A DNA stretch of 64,000 bases from a bacterium (lineage in GTDB: Bacteria; SAR324; NAC60-12), in assembly GCA_965233585.1 (NCBI GenBank), contig CBDDTI010000747.1, positions 352,001 to 416,000 of the forward strand. The letters run 5' to 3'. This document shows, piece after piece, positions 51,489 to 61,625 of this stretch. Position numbers and translations under genes: made by a program. Positions within the stretch are counted from its first letter, which is position 1, and each line of letters starts with the position of its first letter. The notes below the pieces were generated by a model. The model had not been told where the DNA came from. It ran no database searches and was given only the letters and a program-made list of their open reading frames with translations.

Positions 51489-52574
51489 ATGAAACCATTC
51501 CTTTTCTTCTGGGTTTTCTTTCTTTATTACTCTGTCCATGCAAATTCTCTTGCAGACATCACCTTCCCAATTCAAGATCAATTTGACAAAATTCATCTTC
51601 AATTCCATCAAGCCATAGAATCTGAACCTGTCATCACAGTGAGTGAAGGAGCTATCAACATTTACCTTGCATCTAGTTCACAATCACCCAAGCCTAGCAA
51701 AACTTACAAACCGATCCAAGAACACCTTGTGCATTCTGCTGTTGTGATTCAAAACAAAAACTCAATCCGCATTGATATTGCTCTTAAATCGCTGTGGAAT
51801 GTCCAAGACCAAATTCAGCTAGAACGAGATGCCACCTCTCTTTTTTTAGCAATCAATAGAAATGCTTTGATTGAGTCATTACAATCCAAAAAAGGCAATT
51901 CTCAACTCCAAGAAGATGAAGTCAGGCAAAGGATTCAACAAGATTATTTATTGACGGTGCCTGCTTCTAGTAATAAGCCCTCAAATAACAATTTTTACAC
52001 AAATTCACTGACTAATTCTGAGGACTGGCTTCCCTTTTCTATCACTGTCTCTCTGACTTTACTGGCGTTTCTTTTGTTCCTTTACATCATTTTGTATCTG
52101 TATCAAAAGTTGTCTTCTGGCAAGATAGGTAGTTCAGGAAGTTTAAAAATACAAGTTGCGGCAACTTATCACCTTGGGGCAAAGCAAAAAGTGGTGATTT
52201 TACAAATAGAAGATCGTTTTTTTGCCTGTGGTGTCACTCTGCAAAGTATCAATTTTCTCACAGAAGTTGGAGGGGCTAAGGATCAGGCATTTCTCAACGA
52301 CCTTTCTTTGACCAATGGAATCCAGCTGGAAGCACGTTCTGAGTTTGAACAAGTTTTGAAAGCGGCTCAAGCACCTCATCAGGAGTCTCCTTCAAAAGAA
52401 CTTCCCAAACAAAATGTTCCCACAACAGAAGCACCACTGACAGAGGAAAGTTTAGTTGTGAAAGCACCCCAAAAAGAAGCAGCAACACCATTCAGCCATG
52501 ACCCTGCAATGAATCAATTTGCAAAGGTTTTGAATCAAAAAATCCAAAAACTCAAACCTCTTGGGTCAACATGA
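51489..52574 (+). CDS. fliO: Extended FliO-domain protein
   Basis: Located between fliN and fliP; TM segment followed by LKIQVAATYHLGAKQKVVIL..FACGVT; long N-terminal periplasmic part. Confidence 0.7.
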   Translation: MKPFLFFWVFFLYYSVHANSLADITFPIQDQFDKIHLQFHQAIESEPVITVSEGAINIYLASSSQSPKPSKTYKPIQEHLVHSAVVIQNKNSIRIDIALKSLWNVQDQIQLERDATSLFLAINRNALIESLQSKKGNSQLQEDEVRQRIQQDYLLTVPASSNKPSNNNFYTNSLTNSEDWLPFSITVSLTLLAFLLFLYIILYLYQKLSSGKIGSSGSLKIQVAATYHLGAKQKVVILQIEDRFFACGVTLQSINFLTEVGGAKDQAFLNDLSLTNGIQLEARSEFEQVLKAAQAPHQESPSKELPKQNVPTTEAPLTEESLVVKAPQKEAATPFSHDPAMNQFAKVLNQKIQKLKPLGST

Positions 52575-53311
52575 TGCAAAAAGTTTTATTGCTTGTTGTT
52601 TTGACATCGTTCGCATCAGTGCTACATGCACAGATTCCGGGAATCAAGATTGGTGTTGACTCTGCCTCTAATCCAGAAGAAGTTGTCGGTTCGTTGCAGG
52701 TCATTTTTTTACTGACCATTCTCACCTTTGCCCCTGCTATTTTGGTGATGACCACTTCATTCACACGGTTTGTCATCGCTTTGTCTTTTTTAAGGCAAGC
52801 ATTAGGGACACAGGCAGTGCCTTCTAACCAAATCATTATCGGACTTTCTCTTTTTTTGACGTTATTTGTCATGCGTCCTGTCTGGGACGAAGTCAATAAT
52901 GTTGCTCTTGAACCTTATTTACAAGGAGACGTCTCGCAAGAAGTGTTTCTTGAAAGGGCATCGTTGCCATTGAAAAACTTCATGAGAAAATTCACCCGTG
53001 AAAAAGACCTTGCTTTGTTTTTGAGGATTTCTAACCAGCCGAATCCCCGCACCATCAACGACGTTCCGATTTGGGTGATGATTCCTGCCTTCATCATCAG
53101 TGAGCTGAAAACAGCCTTTCAAATCGGATTTTTGATTTACATGCCGTTTTTGGTGATTGACATGGTGGTGTCTTCTATCTTAATGGCAATGGGTATGATG
53201 ATGCTCCCACCTGTGATGATTTCTTTACCTTTCAAACTGATGTTGTTTGTCTTAGTGGACGGCTGGCATTTGATTGTTGGCTCACTTGTCAGAACTTTTG
53301 TAGATTTATGA
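52571..53311 (+). CDS. fliP: Flagellar export gate protein FliP
   Basis: MTTSFTR, PAFIISELKTAFQIGF, MGMMMLPP, LVDGW. Confidence 0.97.
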   Translation: MMQKVLLLVVLTSFASVLHAQIPGIKIGVDSASNPEEVVGSLQVIFLLTILTFAPAILVMTTSFTRFVIALSFLRQALGTQAVPSNQIIIGLSLFLTLFVMRPVWDEVNNVALEPYLQGDVSQEVFLERASLPLKNFMRKFTREKDLALFLRISNQPNPRTINDVPIWVMIPAFIISELKTAFQIGFLIYMPFLVIDMVVSSILMAMGMMMLPPVMISLPFKLMLFVLVDGWHLIVGSLVRTFVDL

Positions 53312-53366
53312 AGAAAAATTTAAATCAAGTGAAAGATTTTTTGTTTGCTAATCTAACCAAGTATTA

Positions 53367-53552
53367 ATGACAATTATGAAAAAATTAGCTTTTTTAGTGA
53401 TTGGATTGGTTGTTGCTGGCTTAATCATTAGAGGATTGATTTCTCTCATTTTCTGGGGAGGCGCTGCAGTTTTATGTTATTTCATTTATAAAACCTTATC
53501 GGGGGGCAAAAAAAAGTTGCAAGGTAAGGGGAAAGACCGAGAGAAGTTATAA
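53367..53552 (+). CDS. Small membrane protein
   Basis: Two hydrophobic stretches and a basic tail. Confidence 0.6.
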   Translation: MTIMKKLAFLVIGLVVAGLIIRGLISLIFWGGAAVLCYFIYKTLSGGKKKLQGKGKDREKL

Positions 53553-53562
53553 AACTGCGAAG

Positions 53563-54201
53563 TCATAAAACGGCTTTGATTCTTTCAAAGACCTCATCAA
53601 GTTCTCCTATGCCGTCAACTTGTACCAGTTTGTTTTGCTTTTGGTAGTAGTCAATTAACGGGCTGGTCTGTTCGTGATAAGTTTGAAGGCGTTGCCTAAC
53701 CACTTGCTCTTGGTCATCTTTTCTTTGAATCAGAGGTTCTCCTGTGAGGTCATCTTGATCTTCTACTTTGGGAGGGTTGAAGTCCACATGATAAATCCTT
53801 CCGCTGTCCTCATGGATTCTTCTACCTGTGATCCTTTTGACCACCACATCATCTTCAACTGCAAGGTAAATCACCAAATCAACAGCCTGATTTTGTTCAG
53901 CTAGCATTTGGTCAAGTCCTTCTGCCTGACCAATGGAGCGGGGGAAGCCATCTAGTAGGTATCCATTTTGACAATCACTTTGTGTCATTCTTTCTTGAAT
54001 CACATCAAGGACAAGCCTGTCTTCCACTAATTTTCCAGAATCCAGTATTGATTTGACCTGAAGACCCAATGCGGTACCTTGAGCCACAGCAGAACGGAAA
54101 ATGTCTCCTGTGGAAAGTTGTATGATGTTTAAATGTTGTGTCAATTTTTTTGACTGCGTCCCTTTTCCTGCTCCTGGAGCCCCCAGTAAAATGACCCTCA
54201 T
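53563..54201 (-). CDS. adk: Adenylate kinase
   Basis: GAPGAGKGTQ, LDGFPR, LID domain. Confidence 0.97.
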   Translation of the reverse strand: MRVILLGAPGAGKGTQSKKLTQHLNIIQLSTGDIFRSAVAQGTALGLQVKSILDSGKLVEDRLVLDVIQERMTQSDCQNGYLLDGFPRSIGQAEGLDQMLAEQNQAVDLVIYLAVEDDVVVKRITGRRIHEDSGRIYHVDFNPPKVEDQDDLTGEPLIQRKDDQEQVVRQRLQTYHEQTSPLIDYYQKQNKLVQVDGIGELDEVFERIKAVL

Positions 54202-54674
54202 GCTCTTTCTCCCATTTTGAATAATTTAAAAATTTGAATCACTAAAAAAACTATAACCATTTTACTTACTTTGGCATTTTTTTCACCTTTTATGTTTTGA
54301 GCAGGTTTTGACAAGGGGTGTTTGTTTTTTTGAGCATCTCACCTTCTCGTTTTTCACGTTGGACTTCTAGCTCTTTTTTCCCATTTGAAAAACTCGGCTT
54401 CACGCTGGGCTTTGCTTTTGATGTCACGATATTTCTTAAAAAGAGAATCATCTGCCTTCCTTTCCAAAATGATTTGTTTCCAGCCACAACTTCCACTCCT
54501 CAAAAAAGCCCGTCTTTTCAAAAACTAACCAGCTTGCTTCTTTGACCGATTGCTCAAGCCATCAAAAATAATCAAAAAAAACGATTTTGAAGTTGCATTT
54601 GTTTTTCAAGGTTTGCTAAAATCGTCACCTTGTTTTTGTTCGTTCTGATTAACCATTTATCAAAGGAGATTTTT

Positions 54675-55722
54675 ATGTTAGAACAAATCAAATCCATTCA
54701 ATCCCGATTGTCAGGGGGGGGCTTTTTATGACAAGATAATCGTTTTCCTGACACTTCTGATCTTGGCAGGTTGCACACCGCCTGCTGAAGAAGAGGAAGA
54801 GGAAAACACCCAGAACCAAGCCACCTGCGAGGTCTCCTCTGGCAATTCTTTGACAACAGGTCAAGAACTGGTTGCCAACCTCACCTGCACCGCATCAACC
54901 ATCTACCAAGGTAAAAAATTAAGCATCACTTACGATGAAAGTTTGACTTCCTTGAAGCTGGTCGTTGGAGAAAAAGAGACAGTCGGTCAAAGCGGAACAC
55001 TCACCCACACCTTACCCAAACAAGAAAAATTTCAAGCCAAGTTGAAGCTCACAGGAGTCACAGCAGGCAAGGGGCAACTCAAGTTCAACATCTTGAGAAA
55101 AGAATCAAACTGGGCTTTTACAGTAGTCAACAACGAACTTGACATTTCCAAATACACTTGGAAACAAGTCGCCTCTTCAGCAGGTTGGTCTGCTCGGGAT
55201 TCTCACACAAGCGTCGTGTTCAATCACAAAATCTGGGTCATAGGAGGTTCTGCTAGTCCTTTTGTCAAGAAAAACGATGTTTGGAGTTCTTCTGATGGTA
55301 AGAATTGGACAAAAGCTACAGATTCAGCAGGTTGGTCTGCTCGGGATTCTCACTCAAGCGTTGCATTCAATAACAAAATCTGGGTGCTAGGAGGAATTGC
55401 TGGTGGCAGGAAAAACGATGTTTGGAGTTCTTCTGATGGTAAGAATTGGATAAAAGCTACAGATTCAGCAGGTTGGTCTGCTCGTTCTGCTCACGCAAGC
55501 ATTGCGTTCAACAACAAAATCTGGGTCATAGGAGGTTCTGATGGTGGCAAGAAAAACGATGTTTGGAGTTCTTCTGATGGTAAGACTTGGACAAAAGAAA
55601 CTTCTGCAGCAGGTTGGTCTGCTCGTGCTGGACACACAAGCGTCCTGTCCAATCACAAAATCTGGGTCATAGGAGGTTCTGATGGTGGCAGGAAAAACGA
55701 TGTTTGGGAATTTGGTCCCTAA
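54675..55722 (+). CDS. Kelch-repeat lipoprotein, frameshifted at G8 tract (phase-OFF or pseudogene)
   Basis: RBS aaggag plus ATG 54675 reads MLEQIKSIQSRLSGGGFL*. The +1 frame after G8 (54714-54721) reads FYDKIIVFLTLLILAG/C and later four GWSAR..H..KIWVIGG..NDVW repeats. Confidence 0.85.
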
Positions 55723-55754
55723 ATTCCGCCTCACGTCAACTCATCTTCTCTAAA

Positions 55755-55795
55755 AAAACACCTCGCTTGAATGACCAAGCGGGGTGGTTTCTTCT
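55755..55795 (+). terminator. Likely intrinsic terminator after the Kelch gene
   Basis: cacctcgctt-gaatgacc-aagcggggtg hairpin followed by a T-rich run. Confidence 0.5.
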
Positions 55796-55819
55796 TACGC
55801 AAAACCAAACCTTCCTTTT

Positions 55820-56290
55820 CGTCATAGCACATCTTGAAAATCGTCATTGCGGGCTTGTTTTTTGGTCATTGCGGGTTTAACCGACAATCTCTATACAACC
55901 GTCATTGCTCACCTTGACCCGCAATCTCATCTTGTTTTTTTTCAACAATTCCTTTTTTTGAGATTCTGTATCAAGCACTCAAGTGACGGGAGGGTTTGGC
56001 TGGGTTGTTTTTTCTCGTCATTGCGGGACCTGACCCGCAATCTCATCTTGTTTTTTTCAACAATTCCTTTTTTTGAGATTCTGTATCAAGCACTCAAGTG
56101 ACGGGAAGGGCTTTGAGATTCTGAATCTCCCTTTCAATTCCTCTTCAGTGAAGGTCAACAAACCAGCGCTTGTTGCTAGCGGCAAAGCCTGACGGGATAG
56201 TTTTGCACAAAAAAAGAATGAGATTGCGGGACAAAGTGTGGTTGTCTTGTTTTGTATAAGAAGACAGACACGTTGGTCTGTCCCTACCAA
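55820..56290. repeat. REP/REPIN cluster between convergent lipoprotein genes
   Basis: Duplicated REPIN (55900-55990 and 56017-56105) and GTAG-type hairpin at 56260-56288. Confidence 0.85.
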
Positions 56291-56295
56291 AAACA

Positions 56296-57912
56296 CTACC
56301 TCCCAAACTTGATTAAAAGCATGTCATTGCCTCCTGAATGGGTCTTCCCACCAAAATTTCCTCCAGAAAATCCTGTCACGTAAACATTGCCTTTAGAATC
56401 CACACTCACTCCTAACCCTTGATCATCCTTGTCAGTGCCAAGCAGTTTTGACCTCTTCTTGACGCCTGAACTGTCATACTTGATTAAAAACATGTCAGCA
56501 CTTCCTTGATTGGTTTTTCCATCAAAAGCTCCTGAAGAGAATCCTGTCACATAGACATTGCCTGCAGAATCCACACCCACTCCGTATCCCAAATCATCAT
56601 CGCTAGTGCCAACCAATTTAGACCACTGCTTGACACCTGAACTATCATACTTGATTAAAAACATGTCATCGCCTCCTTGATTGGTCTTTCCATCAAAAGC
56701 CCCTTCAGAGAGTCCTGTCACGTAAACATTGCCTGAAGCATCCACGCTCACTCCATGTCCTCTATCATCACCGCTAGTTCCAACCAACTTAGACCACTGC
56801 TTGTTGCCTGAACTGTCATACTTGATTAAAAACATGTCCTCTTTTCCTGAATGGGTCTTTGCATCAAAAGCTCCTTTAGAATATCCTGTCACGTAAACAT
56901 TGCCTGCTGAATCTACACTCACTCCTAATCCTTCATCAAAACCGCTAGTTCCAAGCAGTTGAGACCACTGCTTGACACCTGAAGTGTTATACTTCACTAA
57001 AAACATATCCCTCTTTCCTGAATTGGTCTTCCCATCAAAATTTCCTTCAGAGAATCCCGTCACGTAAACATTGCCTGCTGAATCCACACTCATTCCCTCT
57101 CCTATATCATTATCGTCAGAGCCAAGCAATTTAGACCACACCTTGTTGCCTGAAGTATCATACTTGATTAAAAACACGTCAGCACCTCCTTGATTGGTCT
57201 TTCCATCAAAACTTCCATCAGAGAATCCTGTGACATAGACATTATCTGATGAATCCACACCCACTCCTAATCCTTTTGTGGAAAGGCCACTGGTAACCAA
57301 CTTAGACCACTGCTTGTTGCCGTCCTTGTCATACTTCACTAAAAACATGCCTTCAAATGCTGGATTGGTCTTTCCATCAAAATTGCCATCAGAAAATCCT
57401 GTCACGTAAACATTGCCTTTAGAATCCACACTCACTCCTAGTCCATCATCACGAGATCGACTGCCAAGCAGTTCAGACCATTGTTTAGCCAAGTGTTCAG
57501 CAATGGCTTGGTTGTGGCAAGCCCACTCAGAAGCAGGCGTATTGCCTGATGCTTTCACACGAACACAGAGCTTGTCTTTGGCAATCGCATCATCTCCAAG
57601 ACTAAAAGGGCTACTGCAATCAGTTGGAGTTGTGCCTCCATCTTTGGAACATTCGTAACTCTTGCCTGAAGTGGTGGTAAAAGTGAGTGTTCTGGCTGAC
57701 ACTGACAAGCTAGTTGGTGGCTTGGGTGGCTTGGTAGCTTCAGCAGTGTTTTCATCTGATGGACTACGTTTGTCAGTGCAGGCAACAAGCACACTGAGAC
57801 CAAGCAAGATTGAACATTTCTTCAAAGAAGAAGGTTTAAGAAATGATGCAAAAGCATCGGTGCAGGCAACAAGTGCTTTTGAGAAAATCTGGATTGTATG
57901 ACATGCAAACAT
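56296..57912 (-). CDS. SBBP-repeat 7-bladed beta-propeller lipoprotein, paralogue 2
   Basis: N-terminus nearly identical to 41091-42710; seven SBBP blades. Confidence 0.9.
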   Translation of the reverse strand: MFACHTIQIFSKALVACTDAFASFLKPSSLKKCSILLGLSVLVACTDKRSPSDENTAEATKPPKPPTSLSVSARTLTFTTTSGKSYECSKDGGTTPTDCSSPFSLGDDAIAKDKLCVRVKASGNTPASEWACHNQAIAEHLAKQWSELLGSRSRDDGLGVSVDSKGNVYVTGFSDGNFDGKTNPAFEGMFLVKYDKDGNKQWSKLVTSGLSTKGLGVGVDSSDNVYVTGFSDGSFDGKTNQGGADVFLIKYDTSGNKVWSKLLGSDDNDIGEGMSVDSAGNVYVTGFSEGNFDGKTNSGKRDMFLVKYNTSGVKQWSQLLGTSGFDEGLGVSVDSAGNVYVTGYSKGAFDAKTHSGKEDMFLIKYDSSGNKQWSKLVGTSGDDRGHGVSVDASGNVYVTGLSEGAFDGKTNQGGDDMFLIKYDSSGVKQWSKLVGTSDDDLGYGVGVDSAGNVYVTGFSSGAFDGKTNQGSADMFLIKYDSSGVKKRSKLLGTDKDDQGLGVSVDSKGNVYVTGFSGGNFGGKTHSGGNDMLLIKFGR

Positions 57913-58043
57913 TTGATGGACTCCATGTAGAGGTTAGACAAAAAGACAACACCCAACGGGTGCTTTCGTGGGAACAACTCTTGGCTTGGAAAAAAAACAT
58001 CATCTGATTTTTAAGGAAAAGAGTTGAATAAAAAACAAAGCCT

Positions 58044-58083
58044 ATACTATGCAAGTACAAAAAAAATACAAGCCACGACTCAG
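58044..58083 (-). promoter_or_regulatory. Promoter with T8 tract upstream of SBBP gene 2
   Basis: TTGTAT-16 nt-TAGTAT; otherwise identical to 40923-40963. Confidence 0.7.
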
Positions 58084-58164
58084 AATTTTAAGGGATTTTT
58101 TGGTTTTTAAGGAATTTTTAAGATTTTTCAAAAAAATTTGAAAAAAAAGGAGTCAGTGAAGAAA

Positions 58165-58580
58165 ATGAGATTCCGTGTCAAGCACGGAATGACAAAGAAC
58201 GTCTTTACCTTGAAAGCCGTCATTGCGGGCTTGACCCGCAATCTCTCTTTTGTTCTTCTTTTGTTTTTTCTCATTGTATTTGCATTCTTCTTTTGAGATT
58301 CCGCATCAAGTGCGGAATGACTGAGAGAGTTTGCAGGTGTAGCTTTTCGTCATGGCTCACTTTGACCTGCAATCTCTATACGACAGTCATTCCTGTGAAA
58401 GCAGGAATCCATGCTTGGTTTAGTGATAGATTCCGCATCAAGTGCGGAATGACGGAAGAGGGAGAAAAGCTGAAAAATGAGAAGTTTGTTAGTCTGATCT
58501 GCTTAGATAAACTCGAGATTGTTTGAACTGCTCAATGTTTTCTATAAGAGTTACCGCATCAAGCACTCAAATGACTGAGA
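58165..58580. repeat. REP/REPIN cluster
   Basis: GTCATT-family units; gtcattcctgtgaaagcaggaatccatgcttggttt is also present near 40795. Confidence 0.85.
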
Positions 58581-58619
58581 GAGGGTGCAAAGCTAAAAAA
58601 TGAGAAAGTTTTTTTGAGC

Positions 58620-61600
58620 TTACTTGCTCAGATAAACTTGAGATTGTTTGAACTGCTCAATATTTTCTATCAAAGTTGCATGAGGAATGTCTTTGGAAGT
58701 TTGTAGTTCTTCGTCAAGAACATGAAAGCTGACGGTTCTGCGTTTTTCTTTGGGGAAAACTTGTTGGGCAAAGTCTATTAGGTCTTGTTTTGTGATTTGG
58801 TCAAGCACTTGGAGCAACTGACTGACATCACCAAAATCTTTTTCTTTGTTCACAATAGCAGCCCATCTCATCTCTTCTACATCTTCTATTGATGCAGGCA
58901 ATTCAAGCAAGGCATCTCGTATAGATTGTTTGGTTTGCCGAAATACTTCATCAGGTAGTGAATTGATTTTTGCTTCAATTTGTTGTACGAATGTCTCAAT
59001 TTCTTGGTGTAACCTCAAGGCAGGATAGTCTGCAGATTGTAGGACAAACACAAGATGCCAAAACTTTTGGTTAGGGGAGAGGTACATGCTGGCAGTATAT
59101 CCTAGCTGTTTTTGGGTACGTAATTCTGTATAAAACGATGCTTTTAGAAGTCTTGACAAGAGAGAACCTTTGATATGCACTTGAGGGTTGTCTTGCCCTA
59201 GCTGAATGATGTACTTGACTGCAGAATTTTTGACGTTTGAGGGATATTGGAAGACGTGAGTTTTTTGGGGGATTTGCAAAAAATGTCTTTGAAAAATCTG
59301 GTCTTCAGTGAGTGGTTGAATTTTTAGTTTTTTCAATGATTGTCTAATGGCTAGGCGAGTCATGCGGGGGTCAAGGTTTCCATAGGCAAAGCCTTCAATG
59401 AATGACTCTTTCAAAAGTAATTTTGCAAATTTTTGGACATCACGCAGACGAATTGTTGCTAACTCTTTTTGATACTCCTGCACGGGTTGGGCATCTTGCC
59501 TTGTTAGAAGGTTTTCAAAATAGCTTGCTTGAGCCAATGGAGAACGTTTCCATAAATTGCGATACCCCCGTGAGTAGTCTTTTTTGATTTCCTCAAATTG
59601 TTTTTGTGGGAGGTTCAGTTCATGGAGTTGCCCTGTGACAAAATCCAAAACTTTCCATAGCTTATCTGAATATCCATAGACTTGGAGGAAAAACCCTTGT
59701 TTGCTGGTATAAAAAGAGACACCTGCCCCTGCAATGTTTAGCTCTTGACGGAATCCACTTAATTTTTTGCGTAAGACAGAAGTATAAAGTTCTCCCAATA
59801 AATCAGAACGGACGTTTTGTGAAATTTGGGGGTTGTGAAACATGAGTCGCACGCTTGCCTTGGGAGTGTCAAAACTAGTGTCTTGTGCAAACCATAAGCG
59901 CATACTTTTTTTATTGACTAAGCGATAAGGTTCATTGAACGCATGTTCCATGATTTTCTCTTGGGGTGCTGATGGACCGAGCTTGAGTTTCGCTTGCAAC
60001 TCCTCCCAAGTTTCAAAACGTTGGTCTTGCATCTGCTTCAATTTTTCCAAAATTTCTGTATCCAAATCACTTTCAGCCAGACTCAGCAGGGAGGCATGAG
60101 AAAAATAAAAAGGTGTTTGCTTGGGAAACTTAAACAAAGAATCTGGAAGCCAATGATTCTTAGGTGGTAATCTGAGGGAGCGATTCTGTTTGACATTCTT
60201 CAGACTCTTCAGCCATTTTTGGTCATTGTTTGTGTAAGTGTATTCTGTTTGATAAAAAGGGGTGACAGAGTTTGTTTGAACGGAAGTGTCAGTGAGAACA
60301 ATTAATAAGTTTTCTGGTCTTAGCCAAAAAAGGAATCGGTCAATAATTTTTTCATCAAACTGAATATAGGAAGAGGGAGTCTCGTATAAAGCGCGGATTG
60401 GAATTTTGCGTTGCATGATGCCCACAGCACTTGTTGTGATAGAAGAGCCATCTTCTCTACCAGAATATTTGAACTCCAAATCTGACAACTTCAATAATTC
60501 TTCCAGTCTGTTTTTTGGGATTCCTGTGTAGCGAAGCATTTTAATATATTGAAAGGTTTCTTTGACAATTTGCTGATAGTCTTTCAGTCCTTTTTTGGTC
60601 AATTTGACGTTTAAGTTGAGTGTAGAATAGGCTTTTGATGAATGACTAAAGGTCCATAATTCAGAGATGAGGTTCTTTTTTTTCAATGTTTCAGCAAGTC
60701 CACCTTTGCCTTGATGTCCCAAAAAGAAATTGATGGCGTTCACTGGTACCGAACGATAGTAGCGATCAGATGGGGGAAGGTAGAAGCGCAGCAAAAGTTG
60801 TTGAGTCTCTTTTTGGGGTTTGATTTGTAAAAATTTGACGCCTTTTGTGGGTGGCAAGATTTTTTGGTTAATTTGAAGTGGTTGAGTCTGGCGTCTAGGA
60901 ATTTGCTGAAAATATTTAAGTGCCAGTTCTTGTAACTCATCAAGGCTTTCACGTCCAAGAATGGCTAGAGTCATCACATGGCTAGAATAATTTGAGTGAT
61001 AAAAATCAATGACTTCTTGACGAGAGATTTGTGCCAGTGTTTCTCTGTTGCCTGTGGTAAACCTTGAGGCAGGGTGTTTGGGGTTTAAAACGGAACGAAT
61101 GGCAGACTGACGTAAGCGGTAGTCGCTGGATAAGCCATTGGAAAACTCTGAATGAACAATTTTAGCTTCACTTTCTACAAATTTAGGGTCAAAGAGTGGG
61201 GCAATGAAAAACTGAGACCAGCGGTCAAGCACTGCTTCAAGATGTTCTGGGTCAACTTCAAAAAAATATCTTGTGGCTTCATTGTACGTGGTGGCATTAG
61301 TATAGCCCCCTGTCTGTTGAAGAAATTCTGTGAGTTCTCCAACCTTGGGGTATTTTTCTGTTCCTAAAAACAAGAGATGCTCTAAAAAATGAGCCATACC
61401 TTGCCGACCTTTTGGGTCATGGAAGCTCCCTACTGAGACTTGCAAAGCTGCTGATGCTTTTTCAACATCAGGGTCAGAAATCAGTAATGTTGTGATTCCA
61501 TTGGGAAGCAGGACGTTGCGATATTGACGACGTTCATCACGTTCGTCTGGAATATCTTGAGGGGGAGCTGCATGTAAAAAGGTTGTAGCGAAAAATAATA

Positions 61601-61625
61601 CAAATCCAACTAGTCGTTTCGTCAT
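58620..61625 (-). CDS. M16A insulinase/pitrilysin-like metallopeptidase
   Basis: Signal peptide, HFLEHLLFLGTEKYP (HxxEH), NATT, LRTQKQLGY. Confidence 0.93.
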   Translation of the reverse strand: MTKRLVGFVLFFATTFLHAAPPQDIPDERDERRQYRNVLLPNGITTLLISDPDVEKASAALQVSVGSFHDPKGRQGMAHFLEHLLFLGTEKYPKVGELTEFLQQTGGYTNATTYNEATRYFFEVDPEHLEAVLDRWSQFFIAPLFDPKFVESEAKIVHSEFSNGLSSDYRLRQSAIRSVLNPKHPASRFTTGNRETLAQISRQEVIDFYHSNYSSHVMTLAILGRESLDELQELALKYFQQIPRRQTQPLQINQKILPPTKGVKFLQIKPQKETQQLLLRFYLPPSDRYYRSVPVNAINFFLGHQGKGGLAETLKKKNLISELWTFSHSSKAYSTLNLNVKLTKKGLKDYQQIVKETFQYIKMLRYTGIPKNRLEELLKLSDLEFKYSGREDGSSITTSAVGIMQRKIPIRALYETPSSYIQFDEKIIDRFLFWLRPENLLIVLTDTSVQTNSVTPFYQTEYTYTNNDQKWLKSLKNVKQNRSLRLPPKNHWLPDSLFKFPKQTPFYFSHASLLSLAESDLDTEILEKLKQMQDQRFETWEELQAKLKLGPSAPQEKIMEHAFNEPYRLVNKKSMRLWFAQDTSFDTPKASVRLMFHNPQISQNVRSDLLGELYTSVLRKKLSGFRQELNIAGAGVSFYTSKQGFFLQVYGYSDKLWKVLDFVTGQLHELNLPQKQFEEIKKDYSRGYRNLWKRSPLAQASYFENLLTRQDAQPVQEYQKELATIRLRDVQKFAKLLLKESFIEGFAYGNLDPRMTRLAIRQSLKKLKIQPLTEDQIFQRHFLQIPQKTHVFQYPSNVKNSAVKYIIQLGQDNPQVHIKGSLLSRLLKASFYTELRTQKQLGYTASMYLSPNQKFWHLVFVLQSADYPALRLHQEIETFVQQIEAKINSLPDEVFRQTKQSIRDALLELPASIEDVEEMRWAAIVNKEKDFGDVSQLLQVLDQITKQDLIDFAQQVFPKEKRRTVSFHVLDEELQTSKDIPHATLIENIEQFKQSQVYLSK

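Noticed and set aside
56140..56215. c-di-GMP-I riboswitch (ggcaaagcctgacggg)
   Set aside because: Lies between convergent genes, lacks the full P1/P2 architecture, and resembles the degenerate repeat at about 43016-43057.
41091..57912. Complete diversity-generating retroelement
   Set aside because: No reverse transcriptase or non-coding template repeat is in the window; kept only as a hypothesis in findings.
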